Below, piece by piece: positions 1 through 10,369 of a stretch of DNA of 34,681 nucleotides. A program made the translations under genes and the position numbers. The notes below the pieces were generated by a model. That model ran no database searches. It worked only from the letters and a program-made list of their open reading frames with translations, and was not told the DNA's origin. The stretch comes from Promethearchaeota archaeon. GTDB lineage: Archaea > Asgardarchaeota > Lokiarchaeia > Sigyniarchaeales > SOKP01. Location of the stretch: assembly GCA_030603385.1 (NCBI GenBank), contig JAUVXW010000042.1:1-34681 (forward strand), read 5' to 3'. Within the stretch, counting starts at the first letter, position 1; each line of letters opens with the position of its first letter.

Positions 1-95
1 ATTGTTCTTCCCTTCCACTCGCTGGGATTATTTGTGTTTATTATTTGTGTGGATTGGCACGACTCATCGTCGTCTTTTTCTTTTTCTGTCTTCAT
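1..95 (-). CDS. Hypothetical protein, 5' part only (runs off window start)
   Basis: Manual translation from ATG at 95: MKTEKEKDDDESCQSTQIINTNNPSEWKGRT..., open to the window edge; co-oriented with 163..945. Not in the ORF track. Confidence 0.35.
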   Translation of the reverse strand, partial: MKTEKEKDDDESCQSTQIINTNNPSEWKGRT

Positions 96-162
96 TATTA
101 ATTTAAACGGTTAGCATCATAAATACATTGTGATTTACAAATTACAATTTCTAACTCATCTT

Positions 163-945
163 CTAACAAAATTTTTTTTCTAACATCTCGATAAAATTTC
201 TATGCTTTTGAGGCGCTTTCCCGTATTCTTCGTCTATTTCATTGAATTTTGAGTATAATTGCCCTACTTGCTTCGTTGACAGGTTTCTATCCATCCAAGG
301 AAATAAAATCTCATCCTCTTTTTTTATGTGTTCAGGCAAAATCTTACTATAAGCTTTTAAATGTTCTGCAAGAGCTTTTTTATCTTTATTCTTAATTGCC
401 TGGAGCATTTCTTTCACATGAGCACGAACTCTTGTATGATCATTCTGTATAACTTTAATCATATCTAAGTTTTTATCAAAGTATTTGAAAGCCTCGTCTT
501 CTTCTTTTGCATGATGGTATTTGTCAGCATAATTACGGATAAAATCAATTCCATTGTTAATAAGCTGTAAACCTTCCTCAGTCTCTAAGTCTAAACTTTC
601 AGTTACTTTCGGTATTAAAGCCAACCATCTCTTTATCAAAACATGCTCATCAACTATCTTTTTCATAGGGAGTGAATATTTAATTTTCTTAGGACTCTGA
701 CGCTTTCTTTTCCTTTTTGGAAACTCAATTTTCTTATCAGGAGATATAACCTGTGAAATCCTTGCCATTAATTCTGTTTCCAAATCCTCTTCTAAATAAT
801 GAATATCTAAAATATCTTTCAATTGACATAAACCCTCCCCACATGTACCACAACCAATACTATACTCCTCTAGAATTTGCTCAATTTCAGGAAATTCTGT
901 AATAATTTCTTTAATACCCTTGTTAAGATATATTTCTACACTCAA
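163..945 (-). CDS. Hemerythrin (HHE) domain protein with N-terminal DUF1858/ScdA_N-like Cys-rich domain
   Basis: N-terminal IKEIITEFPE...GCGTC..CQLKDI; C-terminal HHE motifs EH...HHAKEE...DH...EHIKKEDEILFP. Confidence 0.8.
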   Translation of the reverse strand: MSVEIYLNKGIKEIITEFPEIEQILEEYSIGCGTCGEGLCQLKDILDIHYLEEDLETELMARISQVISPDKKIEFPKRKRKRQSPKKIKYSLPMKKIVDEHVLIKRWLALIPKVTESLDLETEEGLQLINNGIDFIRNYADKYHHAKEEDEAFKYFDKNLDMIKVIQNDHTRVRAHVKEMLQAIKNKDKKALAEHLKAYSKILPEHIKKEDEILFPWMDRNLSTKQVGQLYSKFNEIDEEYGKAPQKHRNFIEMLEKKFC

Positions 946-1218
946 TTACTTTTCATCTTCAGATTAAATGTTGATTCTTTATTTAGTCAAAAAATTGTAA
1001 TCATTTAATCTTGGCTGCGAACATGTTCCAAACTTCTAACGATTGAACATTGTAATTTATAAAGAAAATAATTGTCCTATTTTATTTTATTGCATAAAAT
1101 AATAAAAAAGAAGGCGCAAATACCGGGGGATTATTGTTTTTAGAGATTTATTCTTTTTCTACTAAAACCATGTAACCAAAAATCCCTCTAAATGTCACAT
1201 AATATCAACAAAATAAAA

Positions 1219-1446
1219 TCAGAAATTTTTAAAAATCCATTTTAACTTGCATTGACGGGAACAAAAAAATCGTTTTTCAGGTATTTGAGTGATATTAATA
1301 TGATGATATTCCTTTTTCCATTTAGTACCCACGATGCTTTTACCACAAAATTCGCAATTATGCGTTGCTTTTTTCTCTATTTCTTTATTCTCTTTAATTT
1401 TCTCCATCAGATGTGATGTTGCGTTTAATTCTTCTTTCTTGTTCAT
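1219..1446 (-). CDS. Small TRASH/YHS-like metal-binding (zinc finger) protein
   Basis: CEFCGK...RFFCSRQCK pattern (CxxC ... FCSxxC). Confidence 0.6.
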   Translation of the reverse strand: MNKKEELNATSHLMEKIKENKEIEKKATHNCEFCGKSIVGTKWKKEYHHINITQIPEKRFFCSRQCKLKWIFKNF

Positions 1447-1692
1447 AAAATAATAATCTCAAATGTAACGAGTATATTAATGATAATGGATTGAGCCTTT
1501 TATATATATATTTGTTTTTTGACTTAATTTAATAATCAATTTTCTTGACCTTGAGATTTTCTAATATTTAAATTTGAAGGGTATGAAAACATGAAACGGG
1601 TTCTTTAATTATTTTGTGTAGGTTTATTTTTATAGATCTAGGGGCTAAAAAAATAAAAAAAAAAATAAATCATTACTCGATAAGTTAGAAAA

Positions 1693-1719
1693 TAAGTTTT
1701 TGGTTGTAACCAAAACTTA
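1693..1719 (-). terminator. Palindrome plus downstream T-tract after the CxxC-x17-CxxC gene
   Basis: TTTTGGTT-GT-AACCAAAA core (1698-1715) about 20 bp after the stop; long A-run on + (T-run on -) near 1648-1665. Confidence 0.4.
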
Positions 1720-1735
1720 GAAAAAATAGAATTAA

Positions 1736-1876
1736 TTATCTTCTATGCTTTCTATAACACTCTCGACAATAAACAGGTCTGCCTTCAGTAGGCTGAAATG
1801 GAACTTCGCACTCGTTCCCACAGTCGGCACATGTGGCTTTGTGCATCGTTCTATTGCCATAATTTCTATTAGACAT
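1736..1876 (-). CDS. CxxC-x17-CxxC domain protein (46 aa), missed by ORF track
   Basis: Manual translation MSNRNYGNRTMHKATCADCGNECEVPFQPTEGRPVYCRECYRKHRR; exactly 17 residues between the CxxC motifs, VPFxP..GRPVYC signature; GGTGA ribosome-binding-like motif upstream. Confidence 0.9.
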   Translation of the reverse strand: MSNRNYGNRTMHKATCADCGNECEVPFQPTEGRPVYCRECYRKHRR

Positions 1877-2235
1877 ACTTTCACCAAATTTTAATTTTAT
1901 ACTTGAAACTTTGAAATATCTCTGTTCAAGTATGTAAGATATATTTTTAAATTTAATAAACCTTGGTATTATGAAAAATTAACTTCAAAATTCTGTTAGA
2001 AAAGATCTTGGTTATTTTTAGAATAATAGGGTTAAATTGAGGTATTGAAATTAAAATCTTGATAAATATAAGAGATTTTAACTAACATTAATTTTTAACT
2101 AAAAAGTTTAAATGTTCTTATTTACCATTTCTTTTAATTACTGTAAAATGTTTATTAAAAATTTGAAATTCGTGTTAAAAAAAGCGTGTCCTAATACAGA
2201 ATGGACGTTAGAATATTTTAAAAGAAGGTGAAGAA

Positions 2236-2442
2236 ATGGAAGTAAAATGTAGCGTATGTGAAAATGATAGACCAAAAAGAAAGGTTATAAAAAGAATGCC
2301 ATTATTGGAGATTGAATTACCAGAGAAATACAGTGATTACAGGGAATTTATGTGCATGAATGTTATTAAGGAATTTCGTAAAGATAAGAAATGGTATGAT
2401 AATGTATGCAAGAATCGTATGCTAGTATTAAAAAAGAAGTGA
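2236..2442 (+). CDS. Small Cys-containing hypothetical protein
   Basis: CSVC plus two later Cys; AAGGTGA upstream of ATG. Confidence 0.6.
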   Translation: MEVKCSVCENDRPKRKVIKRMPLLEIELPEKYSDYREFMCMNVIKEFRKDKKWYDNVCKNRMLVLKKK

Positions 2443-2456
2443 AAAAATTTAATGAT
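2394..2456 (+). repeat. 63-bp direct repeat copy A (3' end of ORF 2236..2442)
   Basis: First 32 bp (GTATGATAATGTATGCAAGAATCGTATGCTAG) identical to 18593-18624; 57/63 identity overall by manual alignment. Confidence 0.85.
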
Positions 2457-2520
2457 GGCGATTTTTTTTCTTTCTATTATTCATTTATTTGATTTATTTC
2501 AAAAAAATAACAAAACTCTG

Positions 2521-3120
2521 CTACATTAAATTGTTTATTACACATTCAGTTAGAGCTTCAAATATCTTTTCCACATTCTGACCTGTTTTTGTTGAGATTT
2601 CGCTATAGCTAGATAAATTAAATTCGTTAGCAATTTCAATTCCCTTTTCTCTCTTTAACTTGCGAGAATCTTCTAAATCAAGTTTGTTACCAATTAACAT
2701 TATTGGAATATCACCAGCTTTTTCTCTTATAATTTGAATCCAATTATATATTTGATCTATCGTTTTAAACTTAGTAATATCAAAAATGATCATAGCAGCA
2801 TTTGCTCCAAGAGTATAAGTTGGTAAGAGGAATCTAAATCTTTCTTCACCTGCTACATCCCAAATTTGTAATTTAATTCTTTTTCCATGTATTTCTACTG
2901 TTTTAACATGAAAATCTACCCCAATGGTTAACTTGTCTTGGGGATCAAAAACATCATAGCAATATCTTTGAGTTAAGTTTCTTTTTCCTACTCCCGGTAG
3001 ACCAACGAGCAAGATTTTAAACGTATAATCATAACTAAAAGGTGGTTTAAAAACAACCTTTCTTTTCTTTCTGGAAATTAGCTTATTCCAGATTTTATAT
3101 AAATTTGAGAATAATTTCAT
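2521..3120 (-). CDS. Rab-like small GTPase with N-terminal amphipathic/basic extension
   Basis: G1 GLPGVGKR, G2 TIGVDF, G3 WDVAGEERF, G4 NKLD, G5 STK; no C-terminal Cys prenylation motif. Confidence 0.9.
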   Translation of the reverse strand: MKLFSNLYKIWNKLISRKKRKVVFKPPFSYDYTFKILLVGLPGVGKRNLTQRYCYDVFDPQDKLTIGVDFHVKTVEIHGKRIKLQIWDVAGEERFRFLLPTYTLGANAAMIIFDITKFKTIDQIYNWIQIIREKAGDIPIMLIGNKLDLEDSRKLKREKGIEIANEFNLSSYSEISTKTGQNVEKIFEALTECVINNLM

Positions 3121-3381
3121 AATTTAAATGTATTTTGTATTAAACGTGAATTATTTTCTCTAAAAATACCTTATCCCTAATAGTAATAAGATAACCTTAG
3201 AATATAAACCTTACAATTGGGTCGATTTTTCATATGAAAAAAAGGAATTGAAATAAAAAATTAAGGATTTTGACAGAATAATTCTGGTCACGTAAGAAGA
3301 GAGCCTTTTATGGGTGATTTTTTAGTAAATTAAAAAGTATTAAATATAAAAATTAAAGGATTATAAATAGACTTAACAAAA

Positions 3382-4413
3382 TTATTCAAAAACCTTTCCT
3401 GCTCCTCCGTGAGTGAGTTTCTCTCCTAATGCTAGACGTACAAGATTGCTAATGATGTAAGGCTCTAATCCTTGGGCTTTTCCTCTGCTTCTAAGACCTA
3501 AAATACACATAGGGCACAAAAACACCATCGCCTCAGCTCCAGCATCCTTTGCATCCATTATATTTTTCATTCTCCATTCTTCTTCTACTTCTTTAGATAC
3601 ATTAACCATAGATCCTTGAATTCCGCCACAACAGAGAGCTCCTAATCGGTCATATTTTCTATTTACTCTTTCTGCTCCTATTAATTCGAAGAGTTCGTCA
3701 AGAATCGTATCTTTTTCGAAAGTATATCTTGAAGCACAAGGTTGTTGATATGCTATTTTAATATTCAGTTTTTTTATCTGATTTTCGTGTTCCTTAACAT
3801 AATCTCGAAGATATTCTATGATATGAATTGGTTTGAATGGCAAGGCTATTTTGTATTCTTTAACTTTGTTGACTAGCATAGCGTAGCAATCATCATGATA
3901 ACATATAATTTCCTTAGCACCAATCTTAGCGAGGTTATCTACAAAGGTTTGGGCATTATCCTTAATTACGCTAGGTGTTCCCGCGTGTATCAAACCAAAA
4001 TAATCGAAGTAATCTCCTCCTTTAAGAAGGGTTAATCCCTCAAAAAGCTGTCCTTCAATAACTCCTGGAAGCATATCACCAAAAATGCAGAGATTCATGA
4101 CAGGTTTTCCAGGCTCTCCCTCTATAATTTCAGATTTCATTCGGCTAAATGCCTTAAAAAAATTTTGGGTCTGTTCATTTAGTATAAAAGTTCCAGTCTC
4201 CTCCTGTCTATCGTTAATTAAATCGAAGGGATTGGCACCCTCAGGACAGAACATATTGCAAGCAGCACATGTAATGCAATCCGCCGTAACGGGAGTTGGG
4301 TCACCATCTATCAATTTTTTAAACTCCTTTTTAGCCTTTTCCTCAGGGTATGCTAAATAAGGACACTTCATTAAACACTCTCCACAAAGAGTACATTTTT
4401 CTTTATCAAACAT
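3382..4413 (-). CDS. Fe-S oxidoreductase, HdrD/GlpC-like (2x[4Fe-4S] plus CCG domain)
   Basis: CTLCGECLMKCP, CITCAACNMFCP, YQQPC...LCCGG...CPMC. Confidence 0.85.
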   Translation of the reverse strand: MFDKEKCTLCGECLMKCPYLAYPEEKAKKEFKKLIDGDPTPVTADCITCAACNMFCPEGANPFDLINDRQEETGTFILNEQTQNFFKAFSRMKSEIIEGEPGKPVMNLCIFGDMLPGVIEGQLFEGLTLLKGGDYFDYFGLIHAGTPSVIKDNAQTFVDNLAKIGAKEIICYHDDCYAMLVNKVKEYKIALPFKPIHIIEYLRDYVKEHENQIKKLNIKIAYQQPCASRYTFEKDTILDELFELIGAERVNRKYDRLGALCCGGIQGSMVNVSKEVEEEWRMKNIMDAKDAGAEAMVFLCPMCILGLRSRGKAQGLEPYIISNLVRLALGEKLTHGGAGKVFE

Positions 4414-4516
4414 TTTTAATCCTCCTTCTAGATTTTACATATAATTTATAAAATTATTGAAAATTATAAAATGATTTAAGAGAGGAAGTTTAATAATCTT
4501 TTTTGTTAATGGAGAT

Positions 4517-5773
4517 TTAACTCAAGTCCTTAATTATATTTGCATTACAGGATTCGCATCTCACTGATTTTCCCTCAAGAAATTTTTTGATTGAAGAATG
4601 TGATATTTTAGAGCCACAATGTGGGCATTTCAAATCATTTAATTTCGCTTTAATTCTTTTTGATAACCATTTTGGAATATCTCTAAAATCATTAAACCAT
4701 TTTGGTAAGTTTTTTATAAAATTTCGATCCTCTAAAAGGGAATTAATTTCTTCTTTATTAAGATATTTCAAGTAATCCTGATTTATTAAATGCTGTACCA
4801 CTGAGGGATACCCACTTGCGAGCCTTAAAGCGATTTCCTCTTTAAATACCTTTTTGGCGAGAGGATCTCCCACTTTTACGAGAGCATTCAATAATGGGAA
4901 TGCTAAATTTCTGTGTAAAATACGAGAGTCGTAATCATTTTCATACCACACTTGGAGATTTGAACAATGCCCCCAAAATTCGATATCAGGAGATAGGTGA
5001 TATTTTCTTGGTTTTCCTCTCTCCATCGAATGATCCAATTTTTCAGCAGCCTCGTCTATTGATTCGATTCCATTATAATCCGTGGTGTTGGTAACAGGAA
5101 TATCTAACAATAGATATTTACATTGCTTAAATAATCTCCCCCCAACATATATGTTTGTATTACCATATTCTAATCTTAGCTTTAGGTGCTTATTGATTAT
5201 GAATTCAGGTCTAGTACTGAGTGGCCTCCCTAATGGTCTTGGAGGAGGTAAAATCTTACATCGTTCAATTATATGTTCTGCCAACTTGTTACAAATTAAT
5301 TCTGGATTTTGGTTAGGTTTTGAAGAGATTTCAGTAAATGCTGAACTATTGTAATTATCTGCTGTTAACATCACTTCCACTCCTGAAACGGCTTGAATCT
5401 CTTCTGAATGATGGTTAAAGGTAAGTAATACTATAGGGATATCCCCTGCTTGTTCTCTAATCATTTGAATAGTGTCATCAATATTATTTCGAAAATTAGA
5501 TTTTGAAATATCAAATATTATTATAGCACCCATGGCACCTCTGTAGTAGATAGGAACTAAAGATCTAAATCTTTCCTCGCTTATCAAATCCCATAATTGC
5601 ATCTTCATAGTTTTTCCGAGCACGCCTAGAGTGTTAACATGGAAATCTACACCAATAGTATATTTATAATCGGTTTTAAAATAACTCTTGCTGAAGCTGC
5701 TTGCGAGATATGCCTTCCCTTCAGTATCATCGCCAATGAGAACTACTTTAACATTATAATCACAATCAGACAT
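4517..5773 (-). CDS. Degenerate Rab-like GTPase fused to FWGHCSN domain and C-terminal Zn ribbon
   Basis: aa ~1-170 Rab-like (TIGVDF, LWDLISEERFR, YYRGA) with broken G1/G3/G4; aa ~190-345 FWGHCSN domain; CPHC...CESC. Confidence 0.85.
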   Translation of the reverse strand: MSDCDYNVKVVLIGDDTEGKAYLASSFSKSYFKTDYKYTIGVDFHVNTLGVLGKTMKMQLWDLISEERFRSLVPIYYRGAMGAIIIFDISKSNFRNNIDDTIQMIREQAGDIPIVLLTFNHHSEEIQAVSGVEVMLTADNYNSSAFTEISSKPNQNPELICNKLAEHIIERCKILPPPRPLGRPLSTRPEFIINKHLKLRLEYGNTNIYVGGRLFKQCKYLLLDIPVTNTTDYNGIESIDEAAEKLDHSMERGKPRKYHLSPDIEFWGHCSNLQVWYENDYDSRILHRNLAFPLLNALVKVGDPLAKKVFKEEIALRLASGYPSVVQHLINQDYLKYLNKEEINSLLEDRNFIKNLPKWFNDFRDIPKWLSKRIKAKLNDLKCPHCGSKISHSSIKKFLEGKSVRCESCNANIIKDLS

Positions 5774-6082
5774 TTTATCAATATATTCATTATTAAGGAA
5801 ATCTGAAAAATATGTTCATTCCTTCTATTAAATCATGAACCGCCCATTTCCCTCTTTCATATTATTAATATAAATATATGAATATAAATTTCTGTCACTC
5901 ATTCTTTATTAAAAATTAACTGCTTTTCATTAAGTAAATAACTCTAAAACTCTATTAAAAATTCGTTAGCTCGCACATTAACCTTGATTTCAGATTATTT
6001 TATTTTTTCAATAATAATTATTCTTTAATATTTGAGAATACTTGGGTTAATCATAGTATAGCAAGCTTTAAAAGAATTTAAA

Positions 6083-7009
6083 ATGCAGCAAACAAGTGGT
6101 ATGAAAAAGAAGAAAATAAAGTGCCCTTTATGTAGTGTTAAATTCATACCTAGATTTTTTCATCGCGAGAAATTGAAATTCGAAGTAAATGCTCCAGTTC
6201 ACATAATAAATAAATTTAAATTAAAGTTTTCAAATGGAGGGTTTCAACCTCCGAATATAGTTAGTCGTTCTTGGGTTACCATTTGTCCCGAATGTAATTA
6301 CATAATTAAATTTGCAGCTGAAATGGGTAAAAAGGAATTTTTAGACCATAATTCGAAATCCATCCTTCACTTACGAGAATTCAAAGAAGATGGAAAGCGT
6401 TATGAATATAAATTTTATAACCTTGAAAAACCCTATAAGGAAGCCCATTATTATAACACAGATCTAATAAAAGCCCTAAAACAGAGGATGTTAAAGGCTT
6501 TAGATGATTTAGATCTATCCAAATGGGGTTTTTTGTATAAGATGTGGAAGACTGATTCTCAGATTGATTCATTTAAATTTTTAATAAGATTTTTAGCTTA
6601 TATAGAGAAATACATTGCATCTCTGAAGATTAAGATTGATCCAGACACCATTATCGCCAAAATTGGGGCATTGTATGTTCCCTACGAATTAAAAGAGAAT
6701 ATAATAAGTCTTATTAGAATTCGAGAAAAAACAATAGGTCAGTATTACGATCTAATTAAAAAAGATGAAGCACTTTTACAAAATACTTATATTGAATTAA
6801 CAATGGAATTAATTTTTCAAGAAATGGTGTCTCTTCATTTAAATAAAGCAAGTATTAAGGAAGATCCCCGTGCTCTAGATAAAGAATTTTATTATTTAGA
6901 ATTGAAAGAGCTACTTCAGAATTATCTAAAGAACACACTGTATATAAGTGAGGACACATCTCTATTTGTAATAACAATGCTTAATCGACTTAAAATAACA
7001 CTAGGCTAG
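6083..7009 (+). CDS. Hypothetical protein with N-terminal CxxC...CxxC and helical C-terminus
   Basis: 308-aa ORF; CPLC and CPEC motifs; no family recognised. Confidence 0.7.
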   Translation: MQQTSGMKKKKIKCPLCSVKFIPRFFHREKLKFEVNAPVHIINKFKLKFSNGGFQPPNIVSRSWVTICPECNYIIKFAAEMGKKEFLDHNSKSILHLREFKEDGKRYEYKFYNLEKPYKEAHYYNTDLIKALKQRMLKALDDLDLSKWGFLYKMWKTDSQIDSFKFLIRFLAYIEKYIASLKIKIDPDTIIAKIGALYVPYELKENIISLIRIREKTIGQYYDLIKKDEALLQNTYIELTMELIFQEMVSLHLNKASIKEDPRALDKEFYYLELKELLQNYLKNTLYISEDTSLFVITMLNRLKITLG

Positions 7010-7305
7010 AGAATTTCTTTATTTTTTTATTAAGAATTTCAAATATGGGGGTTCCACTATCCTCATTAAATCTTGAAAAATTTGAATATACACCCATTAA
7101 TAAGGAAAAATTATCATAGAAACAATTAAAAAATTAGAATTTTTCATTAACATCACTCATTAATTTTGTTAGAATGGATTTGGATCTATATTACTTTATC
7201 CTAATTTGATTTATAAAGATTATGAATTTTGGATTTAATTTTAGAATTGACATAGTTATTCAAGATAATCCATTTAAATATTTGAGAAAATAGGAATAAT
7301 TAGGA

Positions 7306-9228
7306 TTAAGATTTAATTTTGACAGAAACCGTTATTGTTCCCTTTATTGCCCCTCCTCCCCCTCCAGGAGGCTTAAAGATAAATGGATATGGAAAAAATC
7401 CTCCTTCATCATCATCTTTTTTATGTCCACACCACTTACAGACGTCTTGGCCCTTTAGAATCAGTTTTCCACAGTAAGAACATCTCGATTGACTCCTCCG
7501 AATTTGTTCAAAAATCTTCTGTTTAAAAAGTAATTTCTGTTCATCATCTAACTCATCTAAAGGTACATTATTAATAAACCTGTTCCTAATAGCTTCAATA
7601 TAACTCCTTCCTGATATATTGGGGGTACTAAGAGCCTGTCCTTCAAGTTTATTATTTATTATTTGAATACAATCTATAATATCTTCACCTGTTTTTTCAT
7701 CAACTCGTAAGCAAAGACTCTCTAATGTGGTTTTCAGAGTAAATAAAAAGTATGGGTTGTTATGTCTTAAATAAGGTCTAAAAGCGGACATTCTAGGTTT
7801 TATCTGAATAACCGAAAAGAAGATATTTTTACCATCAGGAAGCTTAAGAATTTGTAAAAGAATGTCTTCAAGCAAAGTTGGAAACTTAGAAACACAAGAT
7901 CTTAAAAACTGAGACAACATCTTAGGTTCAGAGGAGAGATTCTTAAGAAGGTCAGTCGACTCCAATATAGTTTTGAATTCTGAGGGACTAAAGACTTGTA
8001 TATATCCTTGAGTAAGGAGATACTGAACTACAGAAGGGTATCCGCTTTCAAGTCTTAGAGCAATTTCTTCTTTATAAACTTTGCTTGCCTTGGGATCTCC
8101 AGCTTTAGTCAATTCTCTTAACAATGGAAATGAAATATTGCTCATTAGAATTCTTGTATCATAATCATGCTCAACCCATGCTTGAATGTTTGAACAATGG
8201 CCCCAAAACTCTTGTTCAGGAGTAATATTATGTCTTTGATTTGGTCCACGCGCGCCCATATGGCCCTCAATAATTCTGTTTTGGTGTATATGGGTACTGT
8301 ACAATTTAGCTGCTTCGTCTATTGAATCAACCTCATCATATAAAGGCACATCATCTTTTGGAATGTTTAGGATTAAACGGATGCATTGAATGAACATCTT
8401 GCCATTTACAAAGATATAAGTCCTTCCATTCACTAACTTGAGCGTGATATATTCATTAATCTTTTTCTCAAGGTTTGAAGGTTTTTTATAATATCTCTGA
8501 TATAAACCACCCTGCACTAATTTAAGTGTCTTTTTCTTTCGTTCTTTTGATTTTTTCTTTAATTTTCGAGCCACTAGTATAACTAAACCTGTAGCTAAAC
8601 CAATCATCCCTAACGCAATTATTAAAATGACAATAAATATTGGTTCAATCTTATCATCATAAGTTAACTTAATAAATGGAACCTCGCTATTACTTGATGC
8701 CCCTTCTTTTGAGTCTCCTTGTATAAATCCATCACCCTCTCCCCCCTTTCCATATAAACACACAGTTATCTCGTCATTGGTAAAGTTTTCTGGTTTGAGA
8801 GGAATATTAAAATCAAAACCATCGCAATAAATATGGCCCCTATATCTCCCTCCACTCGGTTTATTATTCCATGTTATAGTCATCTCATCCCAACTATCAT
8901 ACGTCAGATTTGCTCCAACATGTACCATACTTGAAGCATAATCGAAATACACTACGATAGTTGCCTCTGACCACCCCTTTGGAAGAGAAGAGACGTTAAA
9001 ATGGTAGTAGGCTCTGGCTTCTCCGGAATGATAATTTCCTACACGAAGACGAGTATCATTGCCGTAATTAGTATCTGGAGAATACTCATATACACTCGCA
9101 TCTTTATCAACTCTAATATTTTTAGTATAACCAAAAGCTATTTGAGAAAATGAACTGATCAACAAAAAAAAAATTATAAACACAAGTATAATTATAAAGG
9201 CAACCCTTCTTGTAGTTCGATAATTCAT
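7306..9228 (-). CDS. Receptor-like membrane protein: signal peptide, DNRLRE/CBM96-like extracellular domain, TM helix, FWGHCSN domain, Zn ribbon
   Basis: N-terminal hydrophobic stretch; KDASVY..PDTNYG...L.VG...AYYHFNVS...WDEMTITWNNKP...SKE; TM IFIVILIIALGMIGLATGLVILV followed by poly-Lys; EFWGHCSN; CSYC...CKWC; tail DDDEGGFFPYPFIFKPP. Confidence 0.8.
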   Translation of the reverse strand: MNYRTTRRVAFIIILVFIIFFLLISSFSQIAFGYTKNIRVDKDASVYEYSPDTNYGNDTRLRVGNYHSGEARAYYHFNVSSLPKGWSEATIVVYFDYASSMVHVGANLTYDSWDEMTITWNNKPSGGRYRGHIYCDGFDFNIPLKPENFTNDEITVCLYGKGGEGDGFIQGDSKEGASSNSEVPFIKLTYDDKIEPIFIVILIIALGMIGLATGLVILVARKLKKKSKERKKKTLKLVQGGLYQRYYKKPSNLEKKINEYITLKLVNGRTYIFVNGKMFIQCIRLILNIPKDDVPLYDEVDSIDEAAKLYSTHIHQNRIIEGHMGARGPNQRHNITPEQEFWGHCSNIQAWVEHDYDTRILMSNISFPLLRELTKAGDPKASKVYKEEIALRLESGYPSVVQYLLTQGYIQVFSPSEFKTILESTDLLKNLSSEPKMLSQFLRSCVSKFPTLLEDILLQILKLPDGKNIFFSVIQIKPRMSAFRPYLRHNNPYFLFTLKTTLESLCLRVDEKTGEDIIDCIQIINNKLEGQALSTPNISGRSYIEAIRNRFINNVPLDELDDEQKLLFKQKIFEQIRRSQSRCSYCGKLILKGQDVCKWCGHKKDDDEGGFFPYPFIFKPPGGGGGAIKGTITVSVKIKS

Positions 9229-9328
9229 TTTTAAGACAATAACAGTATGATTGGATTTTTCACTTTCACAAATTACAAATATTCACTTACTGATTTAAAT
9301 ATTGATGATCATGCCCCGGGTATAAATA

Positions 9329-9709
9329 CTATCTTTTTATTATTTCTGCTATTTCACGTGCAGCACGCTCACATTCAAGAAAAATAAGACCCAATTTTGC
9401 CTTATCTGTAGTAGAAACCGCTAACACGGCATAGTCAGCTTCAAAAACCAATAAATACCCCTCAATCCCTTTGATATACAACTGCTTGAATTCGCCAATT
9501 TTCATTTCAATGACAGCTCTTTCAGATAAGGAAAGCAACGTAGCAACCATAGCAGAAATTATCGTTTCATTAAATCCTCGGGGGATTAATGAGAGAATTG
9601 GGAGTCCTTCAATTGATGAAATTGTTGCAATTGTAATACTAGGATTATTTGATAATAACCTTTTTAAAATTCTTTCTAACTCCTCTAGGAAATTATTTTC
9701 TTCAGGCAT
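9329..9709 (-). CDS. Roadblock/LC7 (MglB/LAMTOR-like) protein
   Basis: SIEGLPI...ISAMVATLLSLSERAVIEMKIGEFKQLYIKG...AKLGLIF typical roadblock pattern. Confidence 0.9.
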   Translation of the reverse strand: MPEENNFLEELERILKRLLSNNPSITIATISSIEGLPILSLIPRGFNETIISAMVATLLSLSERAVIEMKIGEFKQLYIKGIEGYLLVFEADYAVLAVSTTDKAKLGLIFLECERAAREIAEIIKR

Positions 9710-9937
9710 TTTATATTATAGTTATTTTTTTTGAAACTCATAAAATATATTTTAAAAAAATCCTAAGTCATATGGGTTACATTTTTAATGAATTCTTTTA
9801 GCTATACTATTTAATTTAGCAATTTGCTTACGATCTATAGGTAAATCCTTATTTGGATTATTTTTTCTCAGCAGTTTGATTAAATCTTGACAAAGATCTA
9901 AGAGAAAAACTATATCATAATTGAAAAAAAAGGGATT

Positions 9938-10366
9938 TTAATTCAATTTTAGCTTTTTACCCATTTCATACCAATTTATTATGGAAAGCTGTTCTATCTT
10001 TTCAAAATGATCTTTATTTCGCGTATAGAAAATTTCATTATTTGCAAGACATATACTAGCAATTAATTCATCCATAGTCCCAATGGGACTTCCTCTCTTC
10101 TTTAAATCTGCTGAAATCTTTGCATACTCTTGAATTGCTTTTTCATTAAAATCTAAAATATTATTAAGTGATTCAATAAGATTTCTAACTTTTAGTAAAC
10201 CTTTTGCGACATTTCTCATAGCGTAACACCCTTTATATAATTCTGCAACATTAAATACCGTTGTTTTTAAGCTTTCTTGTTGTTTTTTCAAATCCTGAAA
10301 AACTTCATACGCATTATCTCTACCCCTTAAAAAAGCAATAATTAAGTCTGAATCAAGTACTACCAT
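9938..10366 (-). CDS. vapC: VapC PIN-domain toxin
   Basis: VLDSDLII, NVAELYKG, GTMDELIA, TRNKDHF. Confidence 0.9.
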   Translation of the reverse strand: MVVLDSDLIIAFLRGRDNAYEVFQDLKKQQESLKTTVFNVAELYKGCYAMRNVAKGLLKVRNLIESLNNILDFNEKAIQEYAKISADLKKRGSPIGTMDELIASICLANNEIFYTRNKDHFEKIEQLSIINWYEMGKKLKLN

Positions 10367-10369
10367 TAT

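Noticed and set aside
961-1102. Perfect IRs (961-970/1002-1011; 1082-1102) upstream of the hemerythrin gene
   Set aside because: Possible operator or terminator, but AT-rich and single-copy, so not distinguishable from chance
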